DNA from: a virus
Lineage: Duplodnaviria; Caudoviricetes
Virus record (IMG/VR): IMGVR_UViG_3300029891_000080
Coordinates: 1-31,571 of that record
Strand: one strand, 5' to 3'
Length of the DNA stretch: 31,571 nucleotides
Position 1 is the first letter of the stretch. Every line of letters starts with the position of its first letter. Made by a program: the position numbers and the translations under genes. The notes beneath the pieces were generated by a model that was not told the DNA's origin, ran no database searches, and worked only from the letters and a program-made list of their open reading frames with translations. This document shows, piece by piece, positions 8,486-16,426 of this stretch.

Positions 8486-8526
8486 GTGCATCCGCCCAAA
8501 GCGATCGCATCGAAGTGAGCGCATGA
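8482..8526 (+). CDS. Possible 14-codon mini-ORF coupling gemA and the activator gene
   Basis: GTGA overlap with the gemA stop and ATGA overlap with the next start; (M)SASAQSDRIEVSA. Confidence 0.4.
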   Translation: MSASAQSDRIEVSA

Positions 8527-8894
8527 CGGCGTTGCCACCCCCGCCAGCACACGTCGAGCCCTATGTTCGGGTACTGGGCATCGAGGGCGCGGTGACGTTT
8601 CTGCTGACCTTCGGCGGCGCCGAGCTTTACCTCGCGGCCAACCCCAAAGGGCGCGGCAAGCTGGCCGAGCTCGTCGGGATCGATCGTGCCGCGGCGCTCG
8701 CCCGTGCCGCCGAACACCTGCCGCGGCGGGTGCCGACTGCCAAGCCCTGGGTGGCGCGCGTGATGCACGCAAAAGGCTTGCCGAAAGCCGAAATTGCCCG
8801 CAGATTGCACACGAGCGACGTCTCGGTGCGCCGCTGGATCGATGCCGCGCCCGGCCCGGGTGTCGCCGATCCGCGCCAGCTTCCCCTGATCTGA
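8523..8894 (+). CDS. Mor/C-like late transcription activator, 123 aa
   Basis: LGIEGAVTFLLTFGGAELY Mor-type dimerisation motif plus C-terminal HTH (KAEIARRLHTSDVSVRRW); last gene before the lysis block. Confidence 0.82.
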   Translation: MTALPPPPAHVEPYVRVLGIEGAVTFLLTFGGAELYLAANPKGRGKLAELVGIDRAAALARAAEHLPRRVPTAKPWVARVMHAKGLPKAEIARRLHTSDVSVRRWIDAAPGPGVADPRQLPLI

Positions 8895-8902
8895 GCCTGC
8901 CC

Positions 8903-8948
8903 CCACAAGCCCTTGCGGGTGTTTTCATGCGCCGCCCGCGGCCATGCT
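8903..8948 (+). promoter_or_regulatory. Candidate late promoter (Plys-like)
   Basis: CCACAAGCCCTTGCGGGTG-21 nt-CATGCT; same motif and spacing at 16992-17037. Confidence 0.75.
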
Positions 8949-8994
8949 GGCGGCGTCAGCGAGGGCCGATTTGCCCTCTTTCCCGGAGGGCCAG

Positions 8995-9903
8995 ATGCAG
9001 ACCAGCGAGAAGGGGATTGCCTTCATCGAGCGACAGGAAGGCGTGATCCTGAAGGCCTATCGTGATCCGGTCGGGATCTGGACGATCGGCTCGGGTCTGA
9101 CCGCCGCGTCAGGCGTGATCAAGCCGGTGGCGGGCATGGTGCTCTCGCGCGCACGCGCGCGCGAGTTCTTGAGTCAGGCGCTCGCCGCGAATTACGAACC
9201 CGGTGTGGCATCCGCGATGCCGGGTGCCGAGCAGAATGCGTTCGATGGCGGCGTATCGTTTCATTTCAACACCGGCGCCATTGGCCGCGCGAGTTGGGTG
9301 GGCAAATGGCGGGCCCACGATCTGCCGGGCGTGCGCACGGCGCTGCTGCTTTGGAACAAGGCAGCCGGCAAGGTTTTTCCTGGGCTGCAGCGGAGACGCG
9401 AAGAGGAATATCTACTGATCGCCAAGGGCATCTACACGGCGAACCCGCCGCCCGCTGCTCGTGGCATCTTTGCCGGGTTCGGCATCATGGTTGATGCGGC
9501 CGAGGTGCAGCACATCCGCGACGGCTTCCAGGCGCTCGGATATGCGGTCACCGGCGCGCCCGGCACCACCGGCATTTTGCGAGAAGGCGTCGAGGTTTTC
9601 CAGCGCGACTATGACCTGACGGTCGACGGCATCATTGGCAAGGCCACGCTCTCAACGCTGCAACGGGCACTGGATGCGCGCACCAAGGCCGCCTCGGCTG
9701 CCGTCGCCACTGGCGCCGGGGGCGGTGTTGCCGCGACCGATACGCTCGCCGATCCCGCCGCGTTGCCGCCCTGGCTTGGCTGGGCGGTGCTGGTGCTCGG
9801 CGCGCTCTGGCTTGCCTGGCTTGCTTTCACCTACCGCGATGCGCTTGCCGCGCGCGTGCAACGAAAGATGCCGCGGCTCGCGGCGTTCCTGAGGAGTTTC
9901 TGA
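8995..9903 (+). CDS. Endolysin: GH24 lysozyme + peptidoglycan-binding domain + C-terminal TM helix, 302 aa
   Basis: E-x8-D-x5-T triad (EGVILKAYRDPVGIWT), GLQRRREEE; FQRDYDLTVDGIIGKAT PG-binding motif; hydrophobic WLGWAVLVLGALWLAWLAF. Confidence 0.92.
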   Translation: MQTSEKGIAFIERQEGVILKAYRDPVGIWTIGSGLTAASGVIKPVAGMVLSRARAREFLSQALAANYEPGVASAMPGAEQNAFDGGVSFHFNTGAIGRASWVGKWRAHDLPGVRTALLLWNKAAGKVFPGLQRRREEEYLLIAKGIYTANPPPAARGIFAGFGIMVDAAEVQHIRDGFQALGYAVTGAPGTTGILREGVEVFQRDYDLTVDGIIGKATLSTLQRALDARTKAASAAVATGAGGGVAATDTLADPAALPPWLGWAVLVLGALWLAWLAFTYRDALAARVQRKMPRLAAFLRSF

Positions 9904-9905
9904 CC

Positions 9906-10424
9906 ATGTATTCCGCCCTGATTGCCCTCGCCGCTCAGATCGGCGTGCCTCTGATCGAGAAGGTGCTTTCCCGCAAGCTCGGCGCGGGCAGTGCCGAACT
10001 GATCACCGACGTGATCCGTGCCATCGCCGAGCGCGCCGGAGTTGCGCCCGAAGCGCTGCCGTCGCTGGCCGAAAACAACCCGCCGCTGGTGATCGACGCG
10101 ATGCGCGCGACCGAGGCGATGGCGCCCGAGCTGATCGCGCTCTACGCCGCGGGCATCGAGGCGCAGTTCGCGCTGGCGAAGGCCGAAACCGAAAGTGAGC
10201 ACTTCCTCAGCTGGGCCTGGCGCCCAGCAGCGATGTGGGGCTTTGGGTTCCTCTGGTTCTGGAACATCGTGATCCTGCATGTCGCCAACGCGTACTGGAA
10301 GATCGCGTTGCCGCAGACTGACCTCGGCACGCTCTTTCAGCTCAACGCCGTCTACATGGGCCTCTACATGGGCGGCCACACGGTCAAGGACTTCGTCGAC
10401 ACCCGTTGGGGGGCGAGCAAGTGA
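9906..10424 (+). CDS. Putative holin (GTA-type 3TM family), 172 aa
   Basis: After endolysin; SEHFLSWAWRPA motif followed by hydrophobic helices. Confidence 0.75.
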   Translation: MYSALIALAAQIGVPLIEKVLSRKLGAGSAELITDVIRAIAERAGVAPEALPSLAENNPPLVIDAMRATEAMAPELIALYAAGIEAQFALAKAETESEHFLSWAWRPAAMWGFGFLWFWNIVILHVANAYWKIALPQTDLGTLFQLNAVYMGLYMGGHTVKDFVDTRWGASK

Positions 10425-10765
10425 CGGGATCGGAATTGAATATCGCGCCGCTGATTGTCTGGGTGGTCGGGCTTTCGACGCTGCTGTCGTTTGGCACCAC
10501 GGTCTGGAACCTGGTCAATTCGGGCTCGAGGCAGAATGCGCGGCGTATTTCCGACCTTGAGCACCTGGCCGAAGGACTGGGGCGCGAGGTGACCCGGCTT
10601 AGCGACAAGCTCGGCCAGATGCCGGACCAAAACATGATGCACCGGCTGGAGCTGTCACTTGCCCGCTTGGAGGGGCACATTGACCGGCTCGACGAAAGGC
10701 TGAAGCCGGTCGCGGCGATTGCGGAGCGGATGCAGGAAGTCCTGATCGAGCAGGGGCGGAAGTAA
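10421..10765 (+). CDS. DUF2730-like protein (N-terminal TM + coiled coil), 114 aa
   Basis: GTG 10421 with GTGA overlap; MPDQNMMHRLELSLARLEG; Mu-like position. Confidence 0.78.
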   Translation: MTGSELNIAPLIVWVVGLSTLLSFGTTVWNLVNSGSRQNARRISDLEHLAEGLGREVTRLSDKLGQMPDQNMMHRLELSLARLEGHIDRLDERLKPVAAIAERMQEVLIEQGRK

Positions 10766-10766
10766 C

Positions 10767-11069
10767 ATGGACATGGCGCAGCGCATCCGGGAAGACGCCC
10801 GGTTGATCATTCTCAAGGAGCTGGGCAAGCAAACCGATGAACGCCTGCACTCGGGGCAACTGACAGCGGCTCTCTATGCCTATGGCGGCATCGACCGCGA
10901 GCGTGAATGGGTGCATGGCGAGCTCGACTGGCTCGCCGAAATGGGTGCCGTGACACTGACCAAGCCGGGCTCTGTGGTCATTGCCACCTTGACTGAAAAG
11001 GGTGCGCGCCATCTGCGCCGGGCGATTGCCATCGAAGGCATCTCGCGACCCAGCCGCGGCGGTGAGTGA
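10767..11069 (+). CDS. Conserved Mu-like winged-helix protein (gp26 position), 100 aa
   Basis: EDARLIILKEL...ELDWLAEMG...ATLTEKG...GISRPS. Confidence 0.8.
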   Translation: MDMAQRIREDARLIILKELGKQTDERLHSGQLTAALYAYGGIDREREWVHGELDWLAEMGAVTLTKPGSVVIATLTEKGARHLRRAIAIEGISRPSRGGE

Positions 11070-11070
11070 C

Positions 11071-11670
11071 ATGGCAAAAGCCGCCCCCGACAAGGTGACC
11101 CGCGGCCGCCTTTCGGCGATCGATCTGATGCCGCCCGAGGCCGATGGCATCATCAGCTGGGCCGCGGCCGAGCTTGGCCTGCGTGAGCGCACCCAGACCG
11201 ACATCTACGCCGAGTTCGTCGGCAAGTGCGAAGATCTCATGGCCGAGCACCGGGGAGAACTCGAGTTTGCGATCCCGGCGTTTTCGAGCTTCAACCGCTA
11301 TTCAATCCGGCTGGCTCGTCTGACGCGGCGGCTCGACGAGACCCGCCAGATCGTCTCGGCGCTGTCGGCCAGCTTCGATGCCAAGGACAGCGACGACCTG
11401 ACCATCATGACCGCCGAGACGATCAAGGCGCTGGTGCTGCACATGCTGGGCGATGGCGCAGACGGGATCGAGCCCAAGGACGCCATGCTGCTGGCAACCG
11501 CCTTCAAGTCGGCGGCACAAGCGCAAAGCATTTCGACCGACCGGCGCCGCAAGGTCGAGAAGGAGTTCGAGAGCAGGATCGGCACGGCCGTCGAGACGGT
11601 GGCGCGCGCCAAGGGGCTGACGGCGGAAACCGCCGAGGCAATCAAGGCGCAGATCCTGGGGGTGGCCTGA
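11071..11670 (+). CDS. DUF3486 / Mu gp27-like terminase small subunit, 199 aa
   Basis: RGRLSAIDLMP...SSFNRY...GLTAETAEAIKAQILGV; upstream of TerL. Confidence 0.85.
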   Translation: MAKAAPDKVTRGRLSAIDLMPPEADGIISWAAAELGLRERTQTDIYAEFVGKCEDLMAEHRGELEFAIPAFSSFNRYSIRLARLTRRLDETRQIVSALSASFDAKDSDDLTIMTAETIKALVLHMLGDGADGIEPKDAMLLATAFKSAAQAQSISTDRRRKVEKEFESRIGTAVETVARAKGLTAETAEAIKAQILGVA

Positions 11671-11861
11671 TGGGAGATCTCGAGATCGGCGCCCTGGTCC
11701 TGGTCGGCAATGACGCCTGGTGCCACGCCTCCTTCGCGACGCGGGCCTGTGCCTGGGCTTTCGGCCAACACCAGGTGTTCACGCATCTCGGGCTCAAGTT
11801 GCGGATTTCGATCTGGCGCGGGCGGCCCTATCTGTTGACACTGCGCGAGGTCGCGGCATGA
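11670..11861 (+). CDS. Hypothetical protein, 63 aa
   Basis: TGATG and ATGA overlaps; MGDLEIGALVLVGNDAW...WRGRPYLL. Confidence 0.7.
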   Translation: MGDLEIGALVLVGNDAWCHASFATRACAWAFGQHQVFTHLGLKLRISIWRGRPYLLTLREVAA

Positions 11862-13525
11862 CCGCCCCGATCTCGGCCGCAGATTGGGAGCGTCAGCGCC
11901 GGGCCGCCACCGAGGCCATGCCCGACGTCATCGCGCAACTCGGCCTGCCGAAGGTGCTGCTGCCCTATCAGGCGCGCACCGTGTCGCTTCTGGAATCGAC
12001 CGCAGCCCGCGTGCTCTTCATCGAGAAATCGCGGCGCGTTGGCCTCACCTGGGGGCTGGCGGCCTATGCCGTGTTGCGGGCTGGGCGCGAGAAATCGGCG
12101 GGCGGCATGGATGCGATGTACATCTCCTACAGCCAGGAGATGACGCGCGAGTTCATCGACGCCTGCGCGATGTGGGCGCGCGCCTTCGCGATGGCGGCAA
12201 TGGCAGCGGACGAGCTGTTGTTCGAAGACGCAAACCCCGCCGACCCCAGCGACACCAAGCACATCCAGGCGTTCCGCATCCGCTTTGCCTCGGGCTTCGA
12301 GATACTCGCGCTCAGCTCGGCGCCGCGGGGGCTGCGGGGCAAGCAGGGCGTGGTGATCATCGATGAGGCGGCGTTCGTCGACAGTCTGGCAGAGCTTCTG
12401 AAGGCGGCTCTGGCGTTCCTGATGTGGGGCGGGCAGGTGGTTGTCTGCTCGACCCATAACGGCGCCGACAACCCGTTCAACCAGACGGTTCAGGACATCC
12501 TGGCGGGCCGCGCCCCGCACAAGCACGTGCGCATCGATTTCGACGACGCGCTGCGCGACGGGCTTTACCAGCGCATCTGCCTCGTGACCGGCAAGGACTG
12601 GTCGCCCGAAACCGAGGCGACCTGGCGGCAGGAGATCATTGACTTCTACGGCGACGGCGCCGACGAGGAACTGTTTTGCGTCCCCTCCATGAGCTCGGGC
12701 GCTTGGCTGCCCGCGCCGCTGATCGAGGCGCGGATGACCGCCGAGGCGCCGGTGCTGCGGCTCGAGCTGCCGGGCGACTATCTCTACCGCTCGAAGCTTG
12801 ACCAGGCGGTGCTGCTTGCCCCGTTCATCAAGGATCTGGCGGATGCGGTCGCGGCGCTCGATCTGACCGCGCAATTCGCCGCGGGCTTTGACTTCGGTCG
12901 AGTCGCGGACCTTTCAACGCTGTCGTTACTGGCCATTGAACAGCGTCTTAAACGGCGCGAGGCGCTCTCGATCGAGATGCGCAACGTGCCCGGCGACGAG
13001 CAGAAGCTGGTCGTCGGCTCGGTGCTGGAACATGTGCGGGGCCGCCTGGTCGGGGCGGCGTTCGACGCCACCGGCATGGGCTGGACACTGGCCGAAGACA
13101 TGGGCCGCCGTTTTGGCCTGCGCTCTGACCCCGAAGGCTCGGGCGCGATCATGGCGGTGAAATTCACCGAGGAATGGTACCGCCTGCACATGCCGCCGCT
13201 GAAGGCCGCGTTCGAGGACGACATGATCGCGATCGGCGCCGACGCCGAGCACCTGTCGGATCTGCGGGTGATCAAGGTGATCCGCGGTATCGCCCGCGTG
13301 CCGGTGACCCGCGAGGGCGAGAAGGGCAAGCGGCGCCACGGCGACTATGCCATCGCGCTGGCACTGGCGCATTTCGCGAGCCGCATGCGCTGGGTCGAAT
13401 ACGGCTACCGCGCCGCCACGCCCGTGACCGGAGCAGGCAACAATACCGCCGACGCCGACGATGCGCGGCGCGACGACAACTGGTGGCGCCCGCCGCTCGG
13501 CGCGCGCCTGAGAGGAGGCTTCTGA
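11858..13525 (+). CDS. Terminase large subunit (Mu gp28-like), 555 aa
   Basis: LLPYQ, EKSRRVGLTW, IIDEAAF, STHNG, GFDFGR, DATGMG, RRHGD motifs. Confidence 0.95.
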   Translation: MTAPISAADWERQRRAATEAMPDVIAQLGLPKVLLPYQARTVSLLESTAARVLFIEKSRRVGLTWGLAAYAVLRAGREKSAGGMDAMYISYSQEMTREFIDACAMWARAFAMAAMAADELLFEDANPADPSDTKHIQAFRIRFASGFEILALSSAPRGLRGKQGVVIIDEAAFVDSLAELLKAALAFLMWGGQVVVCSTHNGADNPFNQTVQDILAGRAPHKHVRIDFDDALRDGLYQRICLVTGKDWSPETEATWRQEIIDFYGDGADEELFCVPSMSSGAWLPAPLIEARMTAEAPVLRLELPGDYLYRSKLDQAVLLAPFIKDLADAVAALDLTAQFAAGFDFGRVADLSTLSLLAIEQRLKRREALSIEMRNVPGDEQKLVVGSVLEHVRGRLVGAAFDATGMGWTLAEDMGRRFGLRSDPEGSGAIMAVKFTEEWYRLHMPPLKAAFEDDMIAIGADAEHLSDLRVIKVIRGIARVPVTREGEKGKRRHGDYAIALALAHFASRMRWVEYGYRAATPVTGAGNNTADADDARRDDNWWRPPLGARLRGGF

Positions 13526-15168
13526 TGGCCCGCACGCCCACACTGCTGGATCGCTGGGGCCGCCCGATCGAGCGCGCCGTCCTGAAACAGGAGGTCGCCG
13601 CAGCGACCGTAGGTGGCGTGCGCACGCCGATTTCGGGCTATCCGGCCGATGGGCTGAACCCGGTGCGGCTGGCGCATATCTTGCGCGAGGCCGATCAAGG
13701 CGACCCGCTGCGCTATCTGGAACTGGCTGAGACGATCGAAGAGCGCGACCCGCATTATCTGGGCGTGCTCGGTACCCGCAAACGCTCGGTCAGCCAGATC
13801 GACATCACGGTCGAAGCGGCAAGCGATGATCCAGCCGACGTGGTCAAGGCCGATATGGTGCGCGAATGGTTGACGCGCGACGAGCTCAATGATGAGCTCT
13901 TCGACGTCCTCGATTGCATCGGCAAGGGCTATTCCTTCACCGAGATCATCTGGGATACGACCGAAGGCCAATGGCGGCCAACGCGGCTTGAGTGGCGCGA
14001 TCCGCGTTGGTTCCGCTTCGAGCGGCGCGATCTGGCGACACCGGTGATGCTCGACGAAAGTGGGCAAGAGCGGCCGCTAGATCCGTTCAAGTTCGTCTTC
14101 GCAACTCTCAAGGCGAAGTCGGGGCTGAGCCTGCGCTCGGGGCTGGCCCGCGTTGCCGCCTGGGGTTGGATGTTCAAGGCGTTCACACAGCGTGACTGGG
14201 CGATCTTCACCCAGACCTTCGGCCAGCCACTGCGCGTCGGCAAATACGGCGCAGGGGCTTCGGAGGCCGACAAGGACACGCTCTTTCGCGCGGTGAGCCA
14301 GATCGCGGGCGACTGCGCCGCGATCATCCCCGAGTCGATGGCGATCGACTTCATCGAATCGAAGACCGTCGGCGCCAGTTCGGCACTCTACCGCGAACGC
14401 GCCGACTGGCTCGACCAGCAGATCTCGAAAGCGGTGCTGGGGCAGACCGCCACCACCGACGCGATCGCCGGAGGCCACGCGGTCGGCCAGGAACACCGCG
14501 AGGTGCAGCAGGACATTGAACGCGCCGATGCCAAGGCGCTGTCGGCCATTCTCAACCGCGATCTGATCCGCCCCTGGATCGACCTCGAGTTCGGGCCGCA
14601 AAAGCGTTACCCGCGCCTCAAGATCGCGCGGCCAGAGGTCGAGGACATCAAGGGGCTCGTCGAGGCGCTCGGCATATTGGTGCCGCTTGGGATGCGGGTC
14701 GGTGCCAGCGAGGTGCGCGACCGCCTGAAGCTCGCCGAACCTGCCTCGGGAGAGGAAATTCTGGGGCAAATGGCGCCACCTGTTGCGCCGGTCGCACCAG
14801 CGGGCGACCCTCAGGCAACGGATCGGGAGATTAAACGGGTTTCAGGCGAAATTAAACGGGTTGACGGGTTTCCACGACCAACGACAGCCCTCAGCGCGGA
14901 AGGCCCCTCAGCGGCGATTTCTGAGGCCCTCGCGCCAGAAGACATTTTGGCCGATCAACTGGCCGAAGAGGCCGCGCCCGAGATGGCAGCGATGCTCGGG
15001 AAGATCGAAGCGATGCTGGCGGCAGCGGGCTCGCTTGAGGAATTCGCCGAGATGCTGCGGGCGGGGTTTCCGTCGCTCGATGCGTCCGGGCTTGCCGAAC
15101 GGATCGCGCAAGGCATGATCATCGCGCACGGCGCCGGGCGCGCGGCGGTGGAGGAGAGCGGTGGCTGA
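13525..15168 (+). CDS. Portal protein (Mu gp29, DUF935), 547 aa
   Basis: ATG 13525 after GGAGG; EERDPHY, KGYSFTEIIW, FGQPLRVGKY, ISKAVLGQT, HREVQQDI. Confidence 0.95.
   Translation: MARTPTLLDRWGRPIERAVLKQEVAAATVGGVRTPISGYPADGLNPVRLAHILREADQGDPLRYLELAETIEERDPHYLGVLGTRKRSVSQIDITVEAASDDPADVVKADMVREWLTRDELNDELFDVLDCIGKGYSFTEIIWDTTEGQWRPTRLEWRDPRWFRFERRDLATPVMLDESGQERPLDPFKFVFATLKAKSGLSLRSGLARVAAWGWMFKAFTQRDWAIFTQTFGQPLRVGKYGAGASEADKDTLFRAVSQIAGDCAAIIPESMAIDFIESKTVGASSALYRERADWLDQQISKAVLGQTATTDAIAGGHAVGQEHREVQQDIERADAKALSAILNRDLIRPWIDLEFGPQKRYPRLKIARPEVEDIKGLVEALGILVPLGMRVGASEVRDRLKLAEPASGEEILGQMAPPVAPVAPAGDPQATDREIKRVSGEIKRVDGFPRPTTALSAEGPSAAISEALAPEDILADQLAEEAAPEMAAMLGKIEAMLAAAGSLEEFAEMLRAGFPSLDASGLAERIAQGMIIAHGAGRAAVEESGG
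14830..14872. repeat. AT-rich direct repeats embedded in the portal gene
   Basis: ATTAAACGGGTT at 14830 and 14851 (21-bp period); partial third copy ACGGGTTTC at 14864. Confidence 0.75.
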
Positions 15169-16345
15169 CCTCAGCGCCAGTTTCCGGCGCCCCTTTGCCG
15201 AGCAGGTCGCGGCATTCCGGTTGCGGCTCGGCACACTCGCGCCCACCGCCCGCTGGGACGATCTGTGGCAGTCCGAGCACGACCGCGCCTTCATGGTGGC
15301 CGGGGCTACGAAGGCCGATCTGCTGGCCGACCTCGGGCTGGCGGTGGACCGGGCGATTGCCGAGGGTACCAGCCTCGAGACCTTCCGGCAGGATTTTCGC
15401 GGGATCGTCGAGAAACACGGCTGGCACGCCTGGACCGGCGAGGGCACCGCGAAGGGCGAGGCCTGGCGCACGCGGGTGATCTATCGCACCAACATGGCGA
15501 CCTCTTACGCGGCCGGGCGGCACGCGCAGCTGGTGGCGGGCGGTTTTGCATTTTGGGTCTACAAGCACAGCGGCGCCGAGCACCCCAGGCTAGACCATCT
15601 TTCGTGGGATGGAGTGGTGCTCGAGGCGGATCATCCGTTCTGGGCCGCGCACTTTCCGCCCAACGGCTGGGGTTGCGGCTGCAAGGTGTTCGGTGCGCGC
15701 TCGCAGGATGGCGCCAAGCGGGTGGGCGGCAAGCCCGGCAAGGATCTGCCCGACAACTGGAACCGGATCGACCCGAAGACCGGCGCGCCGGTCGGCATCG
15801 GCAAGGGCTGGGCCTATGCGCCGGGCGCAAGTGTCGCCGACACGGTGCTGGCGCTGCGCGGCAAGCTTGATGTGCTGCCGGAGCGGCCGTCGATTGATCT
15901 GATCCAGAACTGGCTCACGTCGGATATTTTCGGAGCATGGCTGCTCGCGCCGCGCGGTGCCTTCCCGTTGGTGCGTATCAGCACCGATCAGGCAGCAGCG
16001 ATCGGCGCCGAAAAGTTGGTGGCGGATATCTCGGTCGAGACTGCGCTGAAGCAGCTGCGCGAGCACCCCGAACTTTCAATCCTCGAATATGCAGAGGCGC
16101 AGCGGGTGGTCAGCGAGGCCACCCGCGTCATTCAGGACGGGCCACGTGCGCTGATATTTATTCTGGATGTTCCCGGCGCCAATGGGCACGTTCTGGTCGT
16201 GAAGGCCACGCAAACAGGCAAGGGGCTGTTCGTGACGAGCTTCCGGCGACTTTCTCGAGATCAGGTGTTGCGTGATGCGGAACTTCGACGGTTGCTTCAG
16301 AGGGCGGAAAAAGGTGCGGGCGGTGGGGCCCCCCTACCCGGATGA
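15161..16345 (+). CDS. MuF (gp30) minor head protein with C-terminal putative PBECR2-like nuclease domain, 394 aa
   Basis: MuF motifs AFMVAGA, IYRTNMATSYAAGR, R..H..WDG, PPNGWGCGC; ~150-aa extension with KQLREHPELSILEY and VVKATQTGKGLFVTSFRR, resembling BECR-fold domains. Confidence 0.85.
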   Translation: MADLSASFRRPFAEQVAAFRLRLGTLAPTARWDDLWQSEHDRAFMVAGATKADLLADLGLAVDRAIAEGTSLETFRQDFRGIVEKHGWHAWTGEGTAKGEAWRTRVIYRTNMATSYAAGRHAQLVAGGFAFWVYKHSGAEHPRLDHLSWDGVVLEADHPFWAAHFPPNGWGCGCKVFGARSQDGAKRVGGKPGKDLPDNWNRIDPKTGAPVGIGKGWAYAPGASVADTVLALRGKLDVLPERPSIDLIQNWLTSDIFGAWLLAPRGAFPLVRISTDQAAAIGAEKLVADISVETALKQLREHPELSILEYAEAQRVVSEATRVIQDGPRALIFILDVPGANGHVLVVKATQTGKGLFVTSFRRLSRDQVLRDAELRRLLQRAEKGAGGGAPLPG

Positions 16346-16420
16346 TCCGGCTACCCCACATGGCGCTCCGATCCGAAGACCGTGCTACGGCCGGGAGAAT
16401 ATTACCGTGTCGCGCCCGCT
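16308..16420 (-). ncRNA. Putative structured, tRNA-like non-coding RNA convergent with muF
   Basis: Own promoter; 7-bp closing stem GCGGGCG/CGCCCGC followed by ACC-UUUUU; cUUCGg hairpin; three further helices; possible pseudoknot. Confidence 0.72.
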
Positions 16421-16426
16421 AGAGGA

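Noticed and set aside
11835-11862. TTGACA just upstream of terL
   Set aside because: No credible -10, and any TSS would fall inside terL
16316-16419. Same structure acting on the + strand, or as a simple terminator
   Set aside because: The + strand folds too, but lacks the UUCG loop, turns G-U pairs into A-C mismatches and has no U-tract; not fully excluded
16308-16420. Canonical tRNA gene (tRNA-Leu-like acceptor stem)
   Set aside because: No TTC T-loop, no D-loop GG motif and no 7-nt anticodon loop; reported only as tRNA-like ncRNA
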